64,000 nucleotides of DNA from positions 73,904 to 137,903 of the forward strand of contig JBGQGB010000001.1 of assembly GCA_041497195.1 (NCBI GenBank). Direction: 5' to 3'. The position numbers were made by a program, and so were the translations under genes. Origin of the DNA: Candidatus Doudnabacteria bacterium. GTDB taxonomy: Bacteria; Patescibacteriota; Doudnabacteria; UBA920; 2-01-FULL-46-14. This document shows, in pieces, positions 11,623 through 22,453 of this stretch (positions are counted from its first letter, which is position 1; each line of letters begins with the position of its first letter). A model generated the notes under the pieces. That model was not told the DNA's origin, ran no database searches, and saw only the letters and a program-made list of their open reading frames with translations.

Positions 11623-12213
11623 TTAGCCGTCGCGATTAACAGCACGAGCAGCGATGGCAAAAACTATAGCACTGCTTACCAAAAGCGGGAACCAAACTTG
11701 CGAGTACCAGGGAGTAGGAATCAAAAACAAAACGTCCCGAGTCAGCAGCGAACCAGGCCACCTGATAATCGCCCATAAGCCAGCGTAATAAAAAATGTCC
11801 CAAAATGCGAAAGCCCACAGAAACGCCGCGACCCGAACGCGATTTTTTTTCGCACTCAAAACCGCTACGCTGAAAAGAATCAACATACTATATGCTTCGC
11901 GTGCCACTTCGACTGCAAGCAAAGTCCCCGGGAGATCGGTCAAGCGTAGCGGTTGTTGATAAAAACTGGCGCTTTTGCTGAATATTTCGGCAAACGACAC
12001 AGTATATCCTGGCAACAATCCTACCGCTGCGCGAAGATACACCACGACTGCCGCTTCAACCACTCCAAAACTCGCTCCAAAAATCGTCAGATAGACTAGG
12101 GTGATCCGCCGCAAACCAAACCCTCTTCTACCCAAAACAAAATAAAGCCATAAAGGTATTAAGATAAGAAGATTGACCCACCAAGGCTCTGCCAAAAGTT
12201 TAAATGTTTGCAT
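11623..12213 (-). CDS. Integral membrane protein, function unknown
   Basis: About six TM helices. No recognisable catalytic motif. Confidence 0.4.
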   Translation of the reverse strand: MQTFKLLAEPWWVNLLILIPLWLYFVLGRRGFGLRRITLVYLTIFGASFGVVEAAVVVYLRAAVGLLPGYTVSFAEIFSKSASFYQQPLRLTDLPGTLLAVEVAREAYSMLILFSVAVLSAKKNRVRVAAFLWAFAFWDIFYYAGLWAIIRWPGSLLTRDVLFLIPTPWYSQVWFPLLVSSAIVFAIAARAVNRDG

Positions 12214-12231
12214 GTTTATCTATCGCTTCGT

Positions 12232-13029
12232 TCACCAGCTAGTTTTATTGGCACTATTATCCACATATAATTCATAATAAGACAAAATAACGCTGCTACT
12301 TATCAAAACCCAAAAAAAGAATTCTTCGAACGGAAATTCAAGAGCAAATATTTTAATGGTCCCAACATAATGTCCAGGAAAATTCCATTGCCCCAGTTTT
12401 ACTGCGAGAAGCTCATACGCGAGAAAAACAAACACAAAAAATAGACTAACTTTGAGAAAATTAATTATCATGGCTGGTTTTTTCGAAATTAAATACAAAA
12501 ATGGTAGCATGGCGCATATCCCAAAAACCAGGTAGGCGTAATTTATTTTTAAAAAATGAGGATAATAAATATAGATAAAAAGAATTGCAACAATGGCGAA
12601 CAATGATGGAATCAGCGCGTGCTTATAACTGGGAGATATTGTGTCGGATGCATTCCTTTCTAGAAAATGCTCGTAAAAGACGATTATAAATATTATCCAA
12701 AGAACAAACCATAATGTTTCATCGAGCGGAACCAATCCTAAAATACGAAACTTGAAAACCAACTGATTATCCGGAACAAACCAAGCTCTGTTAAAAACTG
12801 CCAAAAAATCAAAAACAAAACCAAAAATCACACCGAACAAAAACGAGGAGGCTAAAACTCTATGTATTTTTCTTGGTTTCCAACTCAAAAGGTAAATAGA
12901 AGGAATTAAAAAAAAGTATATTGCTGAAACCAAAGGCCTTACCTGAAATTGTATGATCAAGGGGATGGAGAATAAAATTATTAATATGACGACTATTAAA
13001 TCAATCAGTCTTTTTTGATGTTTTTTCAT
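12232..13029 (-). CDS. Integral membrane protein with lycopene-cyclase-domain-like repeats
   Basis: Polytopic protein with two acidic PxEE/PFEE-type motifs (LVPLDETLWFVLW and LEFPFEEFFFWVL) of the kind seen in CrtYcd-type lycopene cyclase domain proteins. Confidence 0.35.
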   Translation of the reverse strand: MKKHQKRLIDLIVVILIILFSIPLIIQFQVRPLVSAIYFFLIPSIYLLSWKPRKIHRVLASSFLFGVIFGFVFDFLAVFNRAWFVPDNQLVFKFRILGLVPLDETLWFVLWIIFIIVFYEHFLERNASDTISPSYKHALIPSLFAIVAILFIYIYYPHFLKINYAYLVFGICAMLPFLYLISKKPAMIINFLKVSLFFVFVFLAYELLAVKLGQWNFPGHYVGTIKIFALEFPFEEFFFWVLISSSVILSYYELYVDNSANKTSW

Positions 13030-13432
13030 GTTTATCTATTGCCTCGTTCACCAACTTGTCCGCGAGGCGATTTTTTTCGCGCGGGATGTTTTGGTATTTT
13101 ATTTTCTTGAATTTTGTCTCAAGATTCCGCACACGCAAGAGCAACTCCTGCATGCGGCTGTTTCTGACTCGATAAATCCCAGTTAGCTGCCTCACGACGA
13201 GTTCGCTGTCCAGATAAAAAGACAGTTCCGAAGCACCGATAGCTGCGGCCAAACTCAAAGCCGCAATGACCGCCTCATATTCGGCCTCGTTATTGGTCCG
13301 CTCTCCCAGGTACTGGCTATGTTTTTTCAGAAGTTTGCCGTCCGCGCTGTAGACCGCCACGCCAATCCCGGCCGGGCCGGGGTTGCCGCGCGCGCCCCCG
13401 TCCGTAAAAATCTTAAGCTTCTCGACTGCCAT
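13001..13432 (-). CDS. rnhA: Ribonuclease HI
   Basis: TDGGARGNPGPAGIG (DxG catalytic Asp), NNEAEYEA (catalytic Glu), DSELVV (Asp), RExNxxADxL C-terminal motif. Start set at MAVEKLKIF. Confidence 0.8.
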   Translation of the reverse strand: MAVEKLKIFTDGGARGNPGPAGIGVAVYSADGKLLKKHSQYLGERTNNEAEYEAVIAALSLAAAIGASELSFYLDSELVVRQLTGIYRVRNSRMQELLLRVRNLETKFKKIKYQNIPREKNRLADKLVNEAIDKHEKTSKKTD

Positions 13433-15113
13433 TTCGAACCTCCAAATCAATGATTTTCAGCTGAACGGATTTTGTACCGTTCCATTCGTTAAACTGCGGC
13501 TCGCAAATAATGTCCATGTGAACGCTCGACGAAAGTTTTGCCGCCCAAAAGCCTTGATTAAAACCAATGCAACCCACGGTACCGTTTCGTGACTCAATCT
13601 CCAGGCGCAAATGCTTGCCTGCAGCCCCGATCGGCCGCGCTGATTTGATTGATAAATCATTCAGGCGGAATCGCGGCCTGGAATTGCCCTGGCCAAATGG
13701 CGCAAATTTTTCCAAAGTTTCGACAAGTGAAGGTGTTACCTCTTCAGCTTTCAGTTCCGCTTCATAAAAAAGCACTGGCTGCAAATCTTCTTCTGTGAGC
13801 ACTCGTTCCGCATGATCCAAAAGCTGTTGATGGAAAAGGGTGATATGCTCGGACAACAAAGTAAAACCCGCAGCCATCGGGTGCCCCCCGTATTTGACCA
13901 AAATCTCTTTGCTCTGTCCGATTGCCTCGATGATGTTGAAATTCCCGATACTGCGCGCCGACCCGGTCGCCTCGCTGGGACCCCGCTCTAGCACCAAAAC
14001 CGGCCGGTAAAACTCCTCAGTCAGCTTCCCGGCCACCAATCCGACGATGCCCTTGGGCCAGCCCTCCCCCGCTGCCAAAAGGACTTTCTTGTCGCCCGAG
14101 GCGACGAGCTGCTCCCGCGCCTCGCTCAAGATCTGCTGAGTCAGGTCTTGGCGATGACGGTTCAAATCCTCAAGTTTTTGAGCAAGCCCTGCTGTTTGTT
14201 CACTGTCATCACTAAAAAGCAATTCCAAAGCTTGATTGGCATGCTCAATCCGACCGGCCGCATTGATGCGCGGGGCGATAACGAATCCGATTTTGTAGGT
14301 ATCAAGCGCGGTGCCCCAAATCCCCGCCAGCTGCAAAAGTTTACGCAGGCCCGGCCACTGCGTTTTTTGCATCACCTTCAATCCCCATTTCACGAAAATT
14401 CGGTTTTCGCCCAAAAGCGTCTGGCAATCAGCTACAGTACCAATAGCCACCAAATCCAACAGCCACTTCTCCCAGCCATCGATAATTTTCAATTCTGTCC
14501 GCCCGGGTGGATTCAATTTTTTCACAAGAGCTTGCACCAATTTAAACGCTACACCCACGCCAGTCAAATCCCGAAAAGGATACGCGTCGTCCGGCCGATG
14601 CGGATTGACGACTGCCTGAGCCCGCGGCACGCCTCCGGTCAACTGGTGGTGATCGGTAATGATGACGTCCAGGCCCAGATAAGTTGCCAAATCCACAGCA
14701 TCAAAAGCATTGATGCCGCAATCCACGGTTATAAGCAGTTTGGTCCCGGAATTTGCCAAAAATTTGATGGCCTCGAGATTCATGCCATACCCTTCGGAAT
14801 ACCGATCCGGGATGTAGTAACTTAAATTTTCGTGTCCGAATTTTCGAAAAAAACGCAACAGCACTGCTGCAGCAGTAACCGCGTCGGCATCATAATCGGC
14901 ATAGATTGTGATTTTCTCCCCGGCAGCCATAGCTTGCCGAATCCGCCCCACGGCTTTATCCATGTCCGTGAGCAGGAACGGATCATGGGAGTCCTCATAG
15001 CGCGCGTTCAAAAATTGCTCCCCTTCCTGTACTGTAACTGCCCCGCGATTAGAGAGAAGAGTTGAGAGCAAATCAGGGCCTTCGGGCTGTTTCAATTTCC
15101 AAACTTTTTTCAT
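13413..15113 (-). CDS. recJ: Single-stranded-DNA-specific exonuclease RecJ
   Basis: DHH motif (ITDHHQ), DHHA1 region, 566 aa. Confidence 0.85.
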   Translation of the reverse strand: MKKVWKLKQPEGPDLLSTLLSNRGAVTVQEGEQFLNARYEDSHDPFLLTDMDKAVGRIRQAMAAGEKITIYADYDADAVTAAAVLLRFFRKFGHENLSYYIPDRYSEGYGMNLEAIKFLANSGTKLLITVDCGINAFDAVDLATYLGLDVIITDHHQLTGGVPRAQAVVNPHRPDDAYPFRDLTGVGVAFKLVQALVKKLNPPGRTELKIIDGWEKWLLDLVAIGTVADCQTLLGENRIFVKWGLKVMQKTQWPGLRKLLQLAGIWGTALDTYKIGFVIAPRINAAGRIEHANQALELLFSDDSEQTAGLAQKLEDLNRHRQDLTQQILSEAREQLVASGDKKVLLAAGEGWPKGIVGLVAGKLTEEFYRPVLVLERGPSEATGSARSIGNFNIIEAIGQSKEILVKYGGHPMAAGFTLLSEHITLFHQQLLDHAERVLTEEDLQPVLFYEAELKAEEVTPSLVETLEKFAPFGQGNSRPRFRLNDLSIKSARPIGAAGKHLRLEIESRNGTVGCIGFNQGFWAAKLSSSVHMDIICEPQFNEWNGTKSVQLKIIDLEVRNGSREA

Positions 15114-15122
15114 GTCCGGGCC

Positions 15123-16730
15123 TTACTGAATTTGTTGAAGAAGCAAGGGCAAAAGCGAAACTGCAGTCATGTCCTTTGGGATTGGCAGTCCCATCAAATC
15201 CAAAATGGTCGGGGCCACGTCGGAGAGGACTCCCTCTGGAACAATCGGAGGCAATTCCAAATACCCTTTGGATCTCGGAGTTTTTCTCGCCAGCCCGTTA
15301 CCGGCAATGATAAAAGGAACTGGATTGACGGTGTGTTCGGTGTCAACCATGCCCGTGCGCGTGTCAAAAACCGACTCGATATTGCCGTGATCGGCCGTAA
15401 CCGCCAAACATACCTCTCCCGCTTGCAAAACCGCCTGTAAAACCATGAGCAGCGCTTCATCGATGGACTGAACAGCGCGGATCGAGGCATCCCTGTTACC
15501 GGTGTGGCCGACCATGTCGGCGTTGGCAAAATTGGCCAAAATAAAATCAGTTCCGCCCTTCATTTTTGCCACAACTTCCTGGGCGATATCGGCCACGCGC
15601 ATCTCCGGCACGTCCTGGTACCGCTTTTGATAATGTTGAGGGGAGGTAATGATCTCCCGCTCTTCCAAAGGCCACGGCTCTTGGCGGCCGCCATTGAAAA
15701 AAGACGTCACGTGCGAATATTTTTCTGATTCGGCGATATGAAACTGCTTGAGATGATGCCCGCTGAGGATCTCGGTCAAGCAATTCTTGATTTCGATTTT
15801 CGGAAAAGCCACGGAGACCGGCAAATTTTTCTGGTATTCAGTCATGGTGACTACATACAGATTCTGCAAAAAGGGATATTTTTTGGAAAATTTATCAAAA
15901 GCGGGATCGGCGAGAGCAGAAGTGAGCTGGACCATCCGGTCGGGCCGGAAATTGAAAAAAATTACCGCATCTCCCTCTTCGACCCGGCCGACGGGCAGAC
16001 CGCCTGGCTCCATGATCGCAGTCGGTGGAATAGTCTCATCATAAATCTGCCGCTCGTAGTTTTCCTCTATGGCCTGCCGGGCTGACGTAGCCCCGGCCGC
16101 TTCCCCCAAAACCATGGCTTTGTATGCTTGTTCAGTCACTTCCCAATGTTTGGCCCGATCCATGGCAAAAAATCTCCCTATTACAGTCGCGATTTTGCCG
16201 ACTTTGTATTCCAAAAATTTCCTGGACAGCCGGTCCAAGCTCGACAAAGCCGCTTTGGGCAGGGTATCCCGGCCATCGGTAATCATGTGGACAAATACTC
16301 TCTCCAGATGTTCCTGGCTCGCCAAGGCCAGCAAGGCGTCAATGTGCTCCAAGGAACTGTGCACTCCTCCGTCGCTCACTAGCCCGACCAGATGCAATTT
16401 GGAATTATTTTTTTTGACGTGAGCGGTGGCAGCGAGGAAACTGGGATTTTTGAAGAAACTGCCGTCTGAGATGGAGCGGGAGATGCGCGGCAAATCCTGA
16501 CTAACGATCCGACCGGCGCCCAGATTCAAATGCCCTACCTCAGAATTACCCCGCTCCCCCCACGGCAAACCCACGGACGGCCCCGAGGCCTGCAGGGTGG
16601 TGGCTGGAAAATGGTCAACCATGTAGTTGAAATTTCTGGGATTGGCCACGTAAATCGCGTTGCCTTCCGAAGGCGAGGCAACTCCGAACCCGTCCAGAAC
16701 AACGAGAATCAATTGTTTGAATGTAATCAT
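15123..16730 (-). CDS. gpmI: 2,3-bisphosphoglycerate-independent phosphoglycerate mutase
   Basis: VLDGFGV N-terminus and the metal-binding His/Asp pattern of iPGM. 535 aa. Confidence 0.9.
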   Translation of the reverse strand: MITFKQLILVVLDGFGVASPSEGNAIYVANPRNFNYMVDHFPATTLQASGPSVGLPWGERGNSEVGHLNLGAGRIVSQDLPRISRSISDGSFFKNPSFLAATAHVKKNNSKLHLVGLVSDGGVHSSLEHIDALLALASQEHLERVFVHMITDGRDTLPKAALSSLDRLSRKFLEYKVGKIATVIGRFFAMDRAKHWEVTEQAYKAMVLGEAAGATSARQAIEENYERQIYDETIPPTAIMEPGGLPVGRVEEGDAVIFFNFRPDRMVQLTSALADPAFDKFSKKYPFLQNLYVVTMTEYQKNLPVSVAFPKIEIKNCLTEILSGHHLKQFHIAESEKYSHVTSFFNGGRQEPWPLEEREIITSPQHYQKRYQDVPEMRVADIAQEVVAKMKGGTDFILANFANADMVGHTGNRDASIRAVQSIDEALLMVLQAVLQAGEVCLAVTADHGNIESVFDTRTGMVDTEHTVNPVPFIIAGNGLARKTPRSKGYLELPPIVPEGVLSDVAPTILDLMGLPIPKDMTAVSLLPLLLQQIQ

Positions 16731-17959
16731 TTTTGCAAGACCTTCAATCCCGGCAAACTTTTGCCGGCTAGCATATCCAACATAGCCCCGCCGCCGGTCG
16801 ACAAATAATCAATATCGGCGCGCAAACCCAAACGCTTGATGACTTCCGAAGTCTGTCCTCCCCCCGCCACCCCGTACACTGCGGGCATGGCGCTGCGGGA
16901 AGCGAACAACCAAGCCAAAGCAAAAGTCCCGTGCGAAAAAGTTTTGTTTTCAAAATAACCCACCGGTCCGCCCCAGATGAGCGTCTTGCCTTTTTTCAAA
17001 TAGCCGCTGTAAAGACGGATCGTCTCCGGACCGATATCCAAAATCATCTGACTCGATTTGATTTTGTCTATCTTGACGCACTCCGGCTCTCCGTCACGAC
17101 TGCGGCTCACTACCACGTCCACGGGCAATACAATTTTATCTTTGTAGTTGCGCCACAACTGCCTGCCGAGCTTATCCTGTTTGCCTTCTTCGTACACTGA
17201 TTTACCGATTTCAAACCCCCGGATTTTGAGCATCATGTTGGCCAAACCGCCGCCTAGGAGCACATAATCGGAAAATTTTATGAGATTTTCCAGGGCTTCG
17301 GCTTTGTCCGACAATTTCACTCCTCCCATCATCACTACCACTGGTTTTTTCGGACGGGATATCACCTTGGTCAAAGCCGCCACTTCTTTCATGAGTCCCA
17401 AGCCGGCCGCGGATGGCAAGACTTGAGCAAGCCCGACTACAGAGGCGTGGACGCGATGGCAGACGGAAAAAGCTTCGTTCACGTAGGCATCGGCCAAACC
17501 GGCCAATTTTCTGACAAAACCGGGCGCATTCGTCGTTTCGCCGGAATAAAAACGTAAATTTTCCAGCACTGCCGCGTCCTGCTCGCGCATTTGCGAAATG
17601 AGGGGTTTCAGATCAGTCTCTTCCAGATTGTGCTGGAAAAAATATAAATGAGGAATCCCGTATTCGGGAAGCTTGGCGGAATCTTCAGCAACCACGACAA
17701 ACTTGCGATCCCAAAGCTCTGCCAATTTTTGGGCGACAGGCTCCAGGCTGAACTTTTTCTCCCACCCCTGAGGCCGCCCGAGATGGCTCACTATTAAAAT
17801 CTTGGCATTTTTTTGCGCCAAGTAATCAAGCGTGGGGATGCTCTCGGCAATGCGCGAATCGTCGTCAATTTTTCCTTTGTCGACAGAAACATCAAAACCC
17901 GTGCGGACCAGCACAGTTTTCCCTGCGACTTTCATGTCTTTTACGGAACGCAATTGCAT
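16727..17959 (-). CDS. pgk: Phosphoglycerate kinase
   Basis: VRTGFDVSV N-terminal motif, GGGA and hinge motifs, 410 aa. 4-nt overlap with gpmI. Confidence 0.9.
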   Translation of the reverse strand: MQLRSVKDMKVAGKTVLVRTGFDVSVDKGKIDDDSRIAESIPTLDYLAQKNAKILIVSHLGRPQGWEKKFSLEPVAQKLAELWDRKFVVVAEDSAKLPEYGIPHLYFFQHNLEETDLKPLISQMREQDAAVLENLRFYSGETTNAPGFVRKLAGLADAYVNEAFSVCHRVHASVVGLAQVLPSAAGLGLMKEVAALTKVISRPKKPVVVMMGGVKLSDKAEALENLIKFSDYVLLGGGLANMMLKIRGFEIGKSVYEEGKQDKLGRQLWRNYKDKIVLPVDVVVSRSRDGEPECVKIDKIKSSQMILDIGPETIRLYSGYLKKGKTLIWGGPVGYFENKTFSHGTFALAWLFASRSAMPAVYGVAGGGQTSEVIKRLGLRADIDYLSTGGGAMLDMLAGKSLPGLKVLQK

Positions 17960-18048
17960 TTGGCAGCTGTTTTTACATTTGGACTAAACAGAATTTGAAA
18001 ATACAAATATTGAGTGCCTAGGAAGTGGAAAATGGCTTTTTTGGAAAA

Positions 18049-19056
18049 TCAGGCGGGCGAGACGGTTTCGACTTGTTCGACCAAACGGTTGGCATAGCCC
18101 CACTCGTTGTCATACCAAGCCATGACTTTGACCAAATCTCCGTCCACCACCCTGGTCAGCGCCATGTCAACGATCGACGAGTACGAGCTCCCGATTATAT
18201 CCGAGGACACAATCGGATCCTCGGTCACCGCCAGAATCCCTTTGAACCGCGGCGTGCGGGCAGCATCGCGGAAAGCTTTGTTGACCTCGTCCACACTGAC
18301 CTTGCGATTCACCAGAAAAGTAAAATCAGTCAGTGAGCCGGTAATAGTCGGAACCCGGATGGCCACACCGTCAAATTTATTTTTGAGTTCGGGAATCGCG
18401 GCAATCACAGACTCAGCCGCTCCCGTGGTGGTCGGCACGATATTGGAGGCGGCCGCGCGCGCCCGACGCAAATCTTTGTGCGGCCCGTCCTGTAAATTCT
18501 GGTCTTGTGTATAACTGTGAACCGTCGTCATCATGGCTTTTTTGATGCCAAACTTCTCCAATACAACTGTGGCGACCGGACCGATATTGTTGGTTGTGCA
18601 TGACGCGTTGGAGATGACCGCATCGTCGCGGTATTTTCCATGGTTCACCCCTAGAAGATAAGTCTGAATCCCGCCCGTCCCTTTCGTGGGTGCAGAGACT
18701 ATGACTCTTTTCGCCCCGGCCTGCAGGTGCATTTTTGCGGACCCGTCTTTGACGAATGCCCCGGTGCATTCCAAAACCACATCCACTTTCATTTTCCTCC
18801 AGGGCAGCTTGGTCGGATCCTTTTCAGCCAAAACGGGAATATTGCGTTTGTCTACAATCAGAAAACCGTCTTTCGAAGACACTGACTGCTCATAAACGCC
18901 ATAGGCCGTATCATATTTGAGCAAGTGCGCGAGCGTCCTCGAATCCGTGAGATCGTTGATAGCCACGATCTCCATATTTTTTTTGCCAGTCGCGATTTTG
19001 AAAGCCGACCGGCCGATGCGCCCGAAGCCGTTGATAGCGACGCGGATTTTTGACAT
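18049..19056 (-). CDS. gap: Glyceraldehyde-3-phosphate dehydrogenase
   Basis: INGFGRIGR Rossmann motif, ASCTTN catalytic Cys motif. Confidence 0.9.
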   Translation of the reverse strand: MSKIRVAINGFGRIGRSAFKIATGKKNMEIVAINDLTDSRTLAHLLKYDTAYGVYEQSVSSKDGFLIVDKRNIPVLAEKDPTKLPWRKMKVDVVLECTGAFVKDGSAKMHLQAGAKRVIVSAPTKGTGGIQTYLLGVNHGKYRDDAVISNASCTTNNIGPVATVVLEKFGIKKAMMTTVHSYTQDQNLQDGPHKDLRRARAAASNIVPTTTGAAESVIAAIPELKNKFDGVAIRVPTITGSLTDFTFLVNRKVSVDEVNKAFRDAARTPRFKGILAVTEDPIVSSDIIGSSYSSIVDMALTRVVDGDLVKVMAWYDNEWGYANRLVEQVETVSPA

Positions 19057-19128
19057 ATTTTTATTTTCCTTTTTTATTACCTGAGTTTATCGAAGGCCTT
19101 CGACTTTGGCTCAGGCGCTACTGAAGAA

Positions 19129-20127
19129 TTAAATCTTTCTCACGTGATAGTTTTTAGGCGCTTTTTTCAAAAGATCTTGCATTTGTCCGCGAGTCAGCAA
19201 GCCTTTCTGCGCTCCGACCTGCTGCACTACCGACATCGAATTGACCGGTCCCCAACGCAAAGCGTCCGTGACTGATAGCCCGCGAATTAGTGCTGACAAA
19301 AAACCAGTTGCAAAAGCATCTCCTGCGCCGGTACGCTCCAAAGGGGCCTTCGGATCCGGGTATTTGGGCATGAAGTACTGTTTCTCACCGTCTGATCCGT
19401 AAGCCCCGTCTGGCCCGTCAGTAATGGCCACAATTTTGGGACCCAACCGGTGAAGCCCTTTGAATAAAACTTTGACACTGCTGTTTTTGATATTCAAAAT
19501 CCGCTGCGCTTCCTCGCGATTGACGAACAAAACCTCTGTCCGGCGGTAAATATCTTTGAGCGTCCTCACCCCCAATTTCAGCTGAAATGTTCCGGGATTG
19601 AAGGCCATGCGCACCTGCGGGTGGCTCTTGAGGTAGCGCGCGAGTTTGTGATGAAAAGCCAGGGTGTGGCTGCCCATTGAAGAAAAATAAAGCCAAAGGA
19701 CTTGGCCCCCGATGCGGCTCGGCTCAAAATAGGAAAAGTTTTGATGCTTGATGAGGATTGTTCGCTCGGCGTGAAAACTCAACACAAAATGGTAATTGGT
19801 CGGTAGCCCCAGGTTGCGCCTGACAAACTCTACTCCTACTTTTTCCTTTTGATACGCTGCCAAGACCTGTTTGCCGAAATAGTCCCCGCCGACTGCTGTA
19901 AACGCAGCACTTTTGAGGCCCAGACGAGCAGTACCGACAGCAACATTTGAGGAATTGCCTACAGCAGGAACCACGGTCAGGGATTCATAAGGAACTTTGT
20001 CCGCAAAGGACAAACACAGCTCGCAGTACTTGTGCCCGAGTTTGCAATGAACCTCAGCGTCATTTAATTTTATGAACGCATCAATGGTGCAATCCCCTAT
20101 GGAAACCAAATCGTATTTTTGTTTCAT
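19129..20127 (-). CDS. PfkB-family carbohydrate kinase (ribokinase/fructokinase-like)
   Basis: C-terminal TGAGDAF anion-hole motif, GG lid motif near the N-terminus. Confidence 0.7.
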   Translation of the reverse strand: MKQKYDLVSIGDCTIDAFIKLNDAEVHCKLGHKYCELCLSFADKVPYESLTVVPAVGNSSNVAVGTARLGLKSAAFTAVGGDYFGKQVLAAYQKEKVGVEFVRRNLGLPTNYHFVLSFHAERTILIKHQNFSYFEPSRIGGQVLWLYFSSMGSHTLAFHHKLARYLKSHPQVRMAFNPGTFQLKLGVRTLKDIYRRTEVLFVNREEAQRILNIKNSSVKVLFKGLHRLGPKIVAITDGPDGAYGSDGEKQYFMPKYPDPKAPLERTGAGDAFATGFLSALIRGLSVTDALRWGPVNSMSVVQQVGAQKGLLTRGQMQDLLKKAPKNYHVRKI

Positions 20128-20261
20128 TTGCTAATAAATTAGTGCGTTTATTATAACATAAAGCGGCCGCAGCCGCCAAAATACTGGAAAATAGAGAAAT
20201 GGAATTTTTGCTTAGTTCGACCTATTCTTCCTCATTAAAAATGCAGTTTTTTTTGACAAAA

Positions 20262-21251
20262 TTATTGTTTCCGCCTCAAAACCTTTTTTACTGCCTTTAT
20301 TATTGCATCTTTGCCCATGCCGTATTTCTCGATTAGTTCCCAGGGCTGGCCGGATTCGCCGAACGTATCCGGCATGCCGACCCGCTCGACCGGCACTGGA
20401 TATTCTTCAGCCAGTATTTCCATGACCGCACTTCCGGCGCCCCCATTGATCTGATGTTCCTCGACAGTCACGACCGCCCCGCATTTCCTGGCAGCTTGCA
20501 CCAAAGTCTTGCGATCAATCGGCTTGATAGTATGATTATTTACAACCATTGCCTCAATTCCCTCTTTGGCCAAATCCTCGGCCGCCTGCAGCGCCTCGTA
20601 TACCAAAATTCCCGAGCCCACGATTGCCACGTCCGCGCCATCTCGAAAGACTTCGGCGCGGCCGAGCTTGAAGGGCGAATCTATCGTGGTAAACTGGGCA
20701 GTCTTCTCGCGGCCAAATCGGATATACGCTGGGCCTTTGACTTCTTCGGCAATCGCCACGGTCGCCTTTTTTGCTTCAACAGCATCACATGGCACAACAA
20801 CGACAAGATTTGGAAGCACTCTGGTTATCGCGATGTCTTCCAAAGCTTGGTGAGTAGCGCCGTCCGGCCCGACAGAAATGCCCGCATGAGCTCCGGCCAC
20901 TTTGACATTGGCTTTGGAATAGCACACTGCTACACGAAACTGATCCCAGTTGCGGCCAGGGTTGAAAGTCGCATAAGAAGAAACAAAAGCGATTTTCCCG
21001 GAGAGGGCGAGGCCCGCGGCAATACCCATCATATTCTGCTCCGCCACGCCAACCTGGATAAACCTTTTCGGAAATTTTTCCGCAAACCAATGCGCCCGCG
21101 TGGACTCCACCAAATCACCGGCCAAGACGACGATATTTGGATTGCGCTCGCCCAATTCCACGAGAGCCTTTCCATATCCATCCCGGCCCGCCACCATCTC
21201 GATGTCGGGTTTAAAAAGTTTTTTGCTAAGTTTGGCGTTGGGATTGATCAT
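20262..21251 (-). CDS. tkt: Transketolase, C-terminal (pyrimidine-binding) subunit of a split enzyme
   Basis: Pyrimidine-binding and C-terminal domains (VGVAEQNMMGIAAGLA), 329 aa. Confidence 0.85.
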   Translation of the reverse strand: MINPNAKLSKKLFKPDIEMVAGRDGYGKALVELGERNPNIVVLAGDLVESTRAHWFAEKFPKRFIQVGVAEQNMMGIAAGLALSGKIAFVSSYATFNPGRNWDQFRVAVCYSKANVKVAGAHAGISVGPDGATHQALEDIAITRVLPNLVVVVPCDAVEAKKATVAIAEEVKGPAYIRFGREKTAQFTTIDSPFKLGRAEVFRDGADVAIVGSGILVYEALQAAEDLAKEGIEAMVVNNHTIKPIDRKTLVQAARKCGAVVTVEEHQINGGAGSAVMEILAEEYPVPVERVGMPDTFGESGQPWELIEKYGMGKDAIIKAVKKVLRRKQ

Positions 21252-22453
21252 TTAGTGAATTTCAGAGTCGAAAGAATGGCGTCCTCTAGGTTACTTATAC
21301 CATCATTATTATAGCCGTATTTGTTGGACAATTCATTATCTTGGGACTGACCGAAAGTGATCTCATAGGCTTTGGATAGGGGCATTATGTAAGCATCAGC
21401 TACCGGTCCGCTCAAATCTCCGTATGCTGGAGGAATTGGCAAATTTCTCAACCTATACATTTCCCCTTGGCCAGTCAGGGGCTCGAGCAGGAAGCTCCCG
21501 GCTGTTTTCAAGATGTCATTGATATCTACATTCTTCGAAAACCACTGGTTTAGAGAAAGCTTTTCAGGATTTGGCACAACGTGAAGGTCAAGCGTGTCGT
21601 AGAAGTCCCCGCCTGGCTCAGATTTATACTCCACTGCAACATGCTTGTCGTTTGAAGAGGTATAATAAAATATAGTTTCAACTACCTTTTGCTCAACTCC
21701 GAGGGCTGGATATTTGAATTCAAATCCATATTCGCTATTTCTATAGGTTTTCCAAGTCGAGGTGTCATTCGAGGGGTTCGGTTCAATAAATTTGAACGTG
21801 GAGAGCACGTTCTCCAAGACTGGGTTGCCTTCCTGCGGGATCGGTAACGTTTCAAAGTATAACAAGGCCACGTTACCGTTTTTTAATCCGACAACTGCTA
21901 CCGCTTCCCCGTCACAGCCTTCACAAAAATCGTTTTTGAATACATACGCTTCGTTTCCTGGGGAAAATAGACTTATGCGTTTGTCAATATTTACTTTTTC
22001 CCTTATGCCATTGAGATTGTTGCTTAGCTGCAATACCGAACCTTTAACAGAAAAATTATTATAGTCCATGAGAACTCCGCCTCTTTCTGCACAATCATTA
22101 TAATCTTTTGACCTGGCGACAAACGCCATTTTTTTATAAGACGCGAAGTATCCAAAAATTGAGAAGCCTTTCAAGGTACAGTTTGGGTCGATGTATCCAC
22201 CAAGGCTAGCAACGGCAGTTTTTTCGAAAGTCACATCACCCCACGACGCCGGGTAATTGAATGAAAATCCATATTCGGCATTGGTGTAGGTCTTCAAATT
22301 TAAGGTTTGTTCGAGCTGGACATGCTTGTCTGGATAAGGAATATATACCCCGTCAAACGGCCAGTTTTGATAGGTATAGGCCCAGGTCAGATAACCGACG
22401 AGAAAAGCTGCTACCAGGGTGATACTGAACCAAACGGAAAAGCGAATCTTCAT
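21248..22453 (-). CDS. Membrane-anchored hypothetical protein, two YGFSFxYP-type repeat domains (paralog of 22450..23085)
   Basis: N-terminal 45 aa about 80% identical to the adjacent gene (MKIRFSVWFSITLVAAFLVGYLTWAYTYQNWPFDGVYIPYPDK). Two repeats, YGFSFNYPASW and YGFEFKYPAL. Confidence 0.5.
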   Translation of the reverse strand: MKIRFSVWFSITLVAAFLVGYLTWAYTYQNWPFDGVYIPYPDKHVQLEQTLNLKTYTNAEYGFSFNYPASWGDVTFEKTAVASLGGYIDPNCTLKGFSIFGYFASYKKMAFVARSKDYNDCAERGGVLMDYNNFSVKGSVLQLSNNLNGIREKVNIDKRISLFSPGNEAYVFKNDFCEGCDGEAVAVVGLKNGNVALLYFETLPIPQEGNPVLENVLSTFKFIEPNPSNDTSTWKTYRNSEYGFEFKYPALGVEQKVVETIFYYTSSNDKHVAVEYKSEPGGDFYDTLDLHVVPNPEKLSLNQWFSKNVDINDILKTAGSFLLEPLTGQGEMYRLRNLPIPPAYGDLSGPVADAYIMPLSKAYEITFGQSQDNELSNKYGYNNDGISNLEDAILSTLKFTK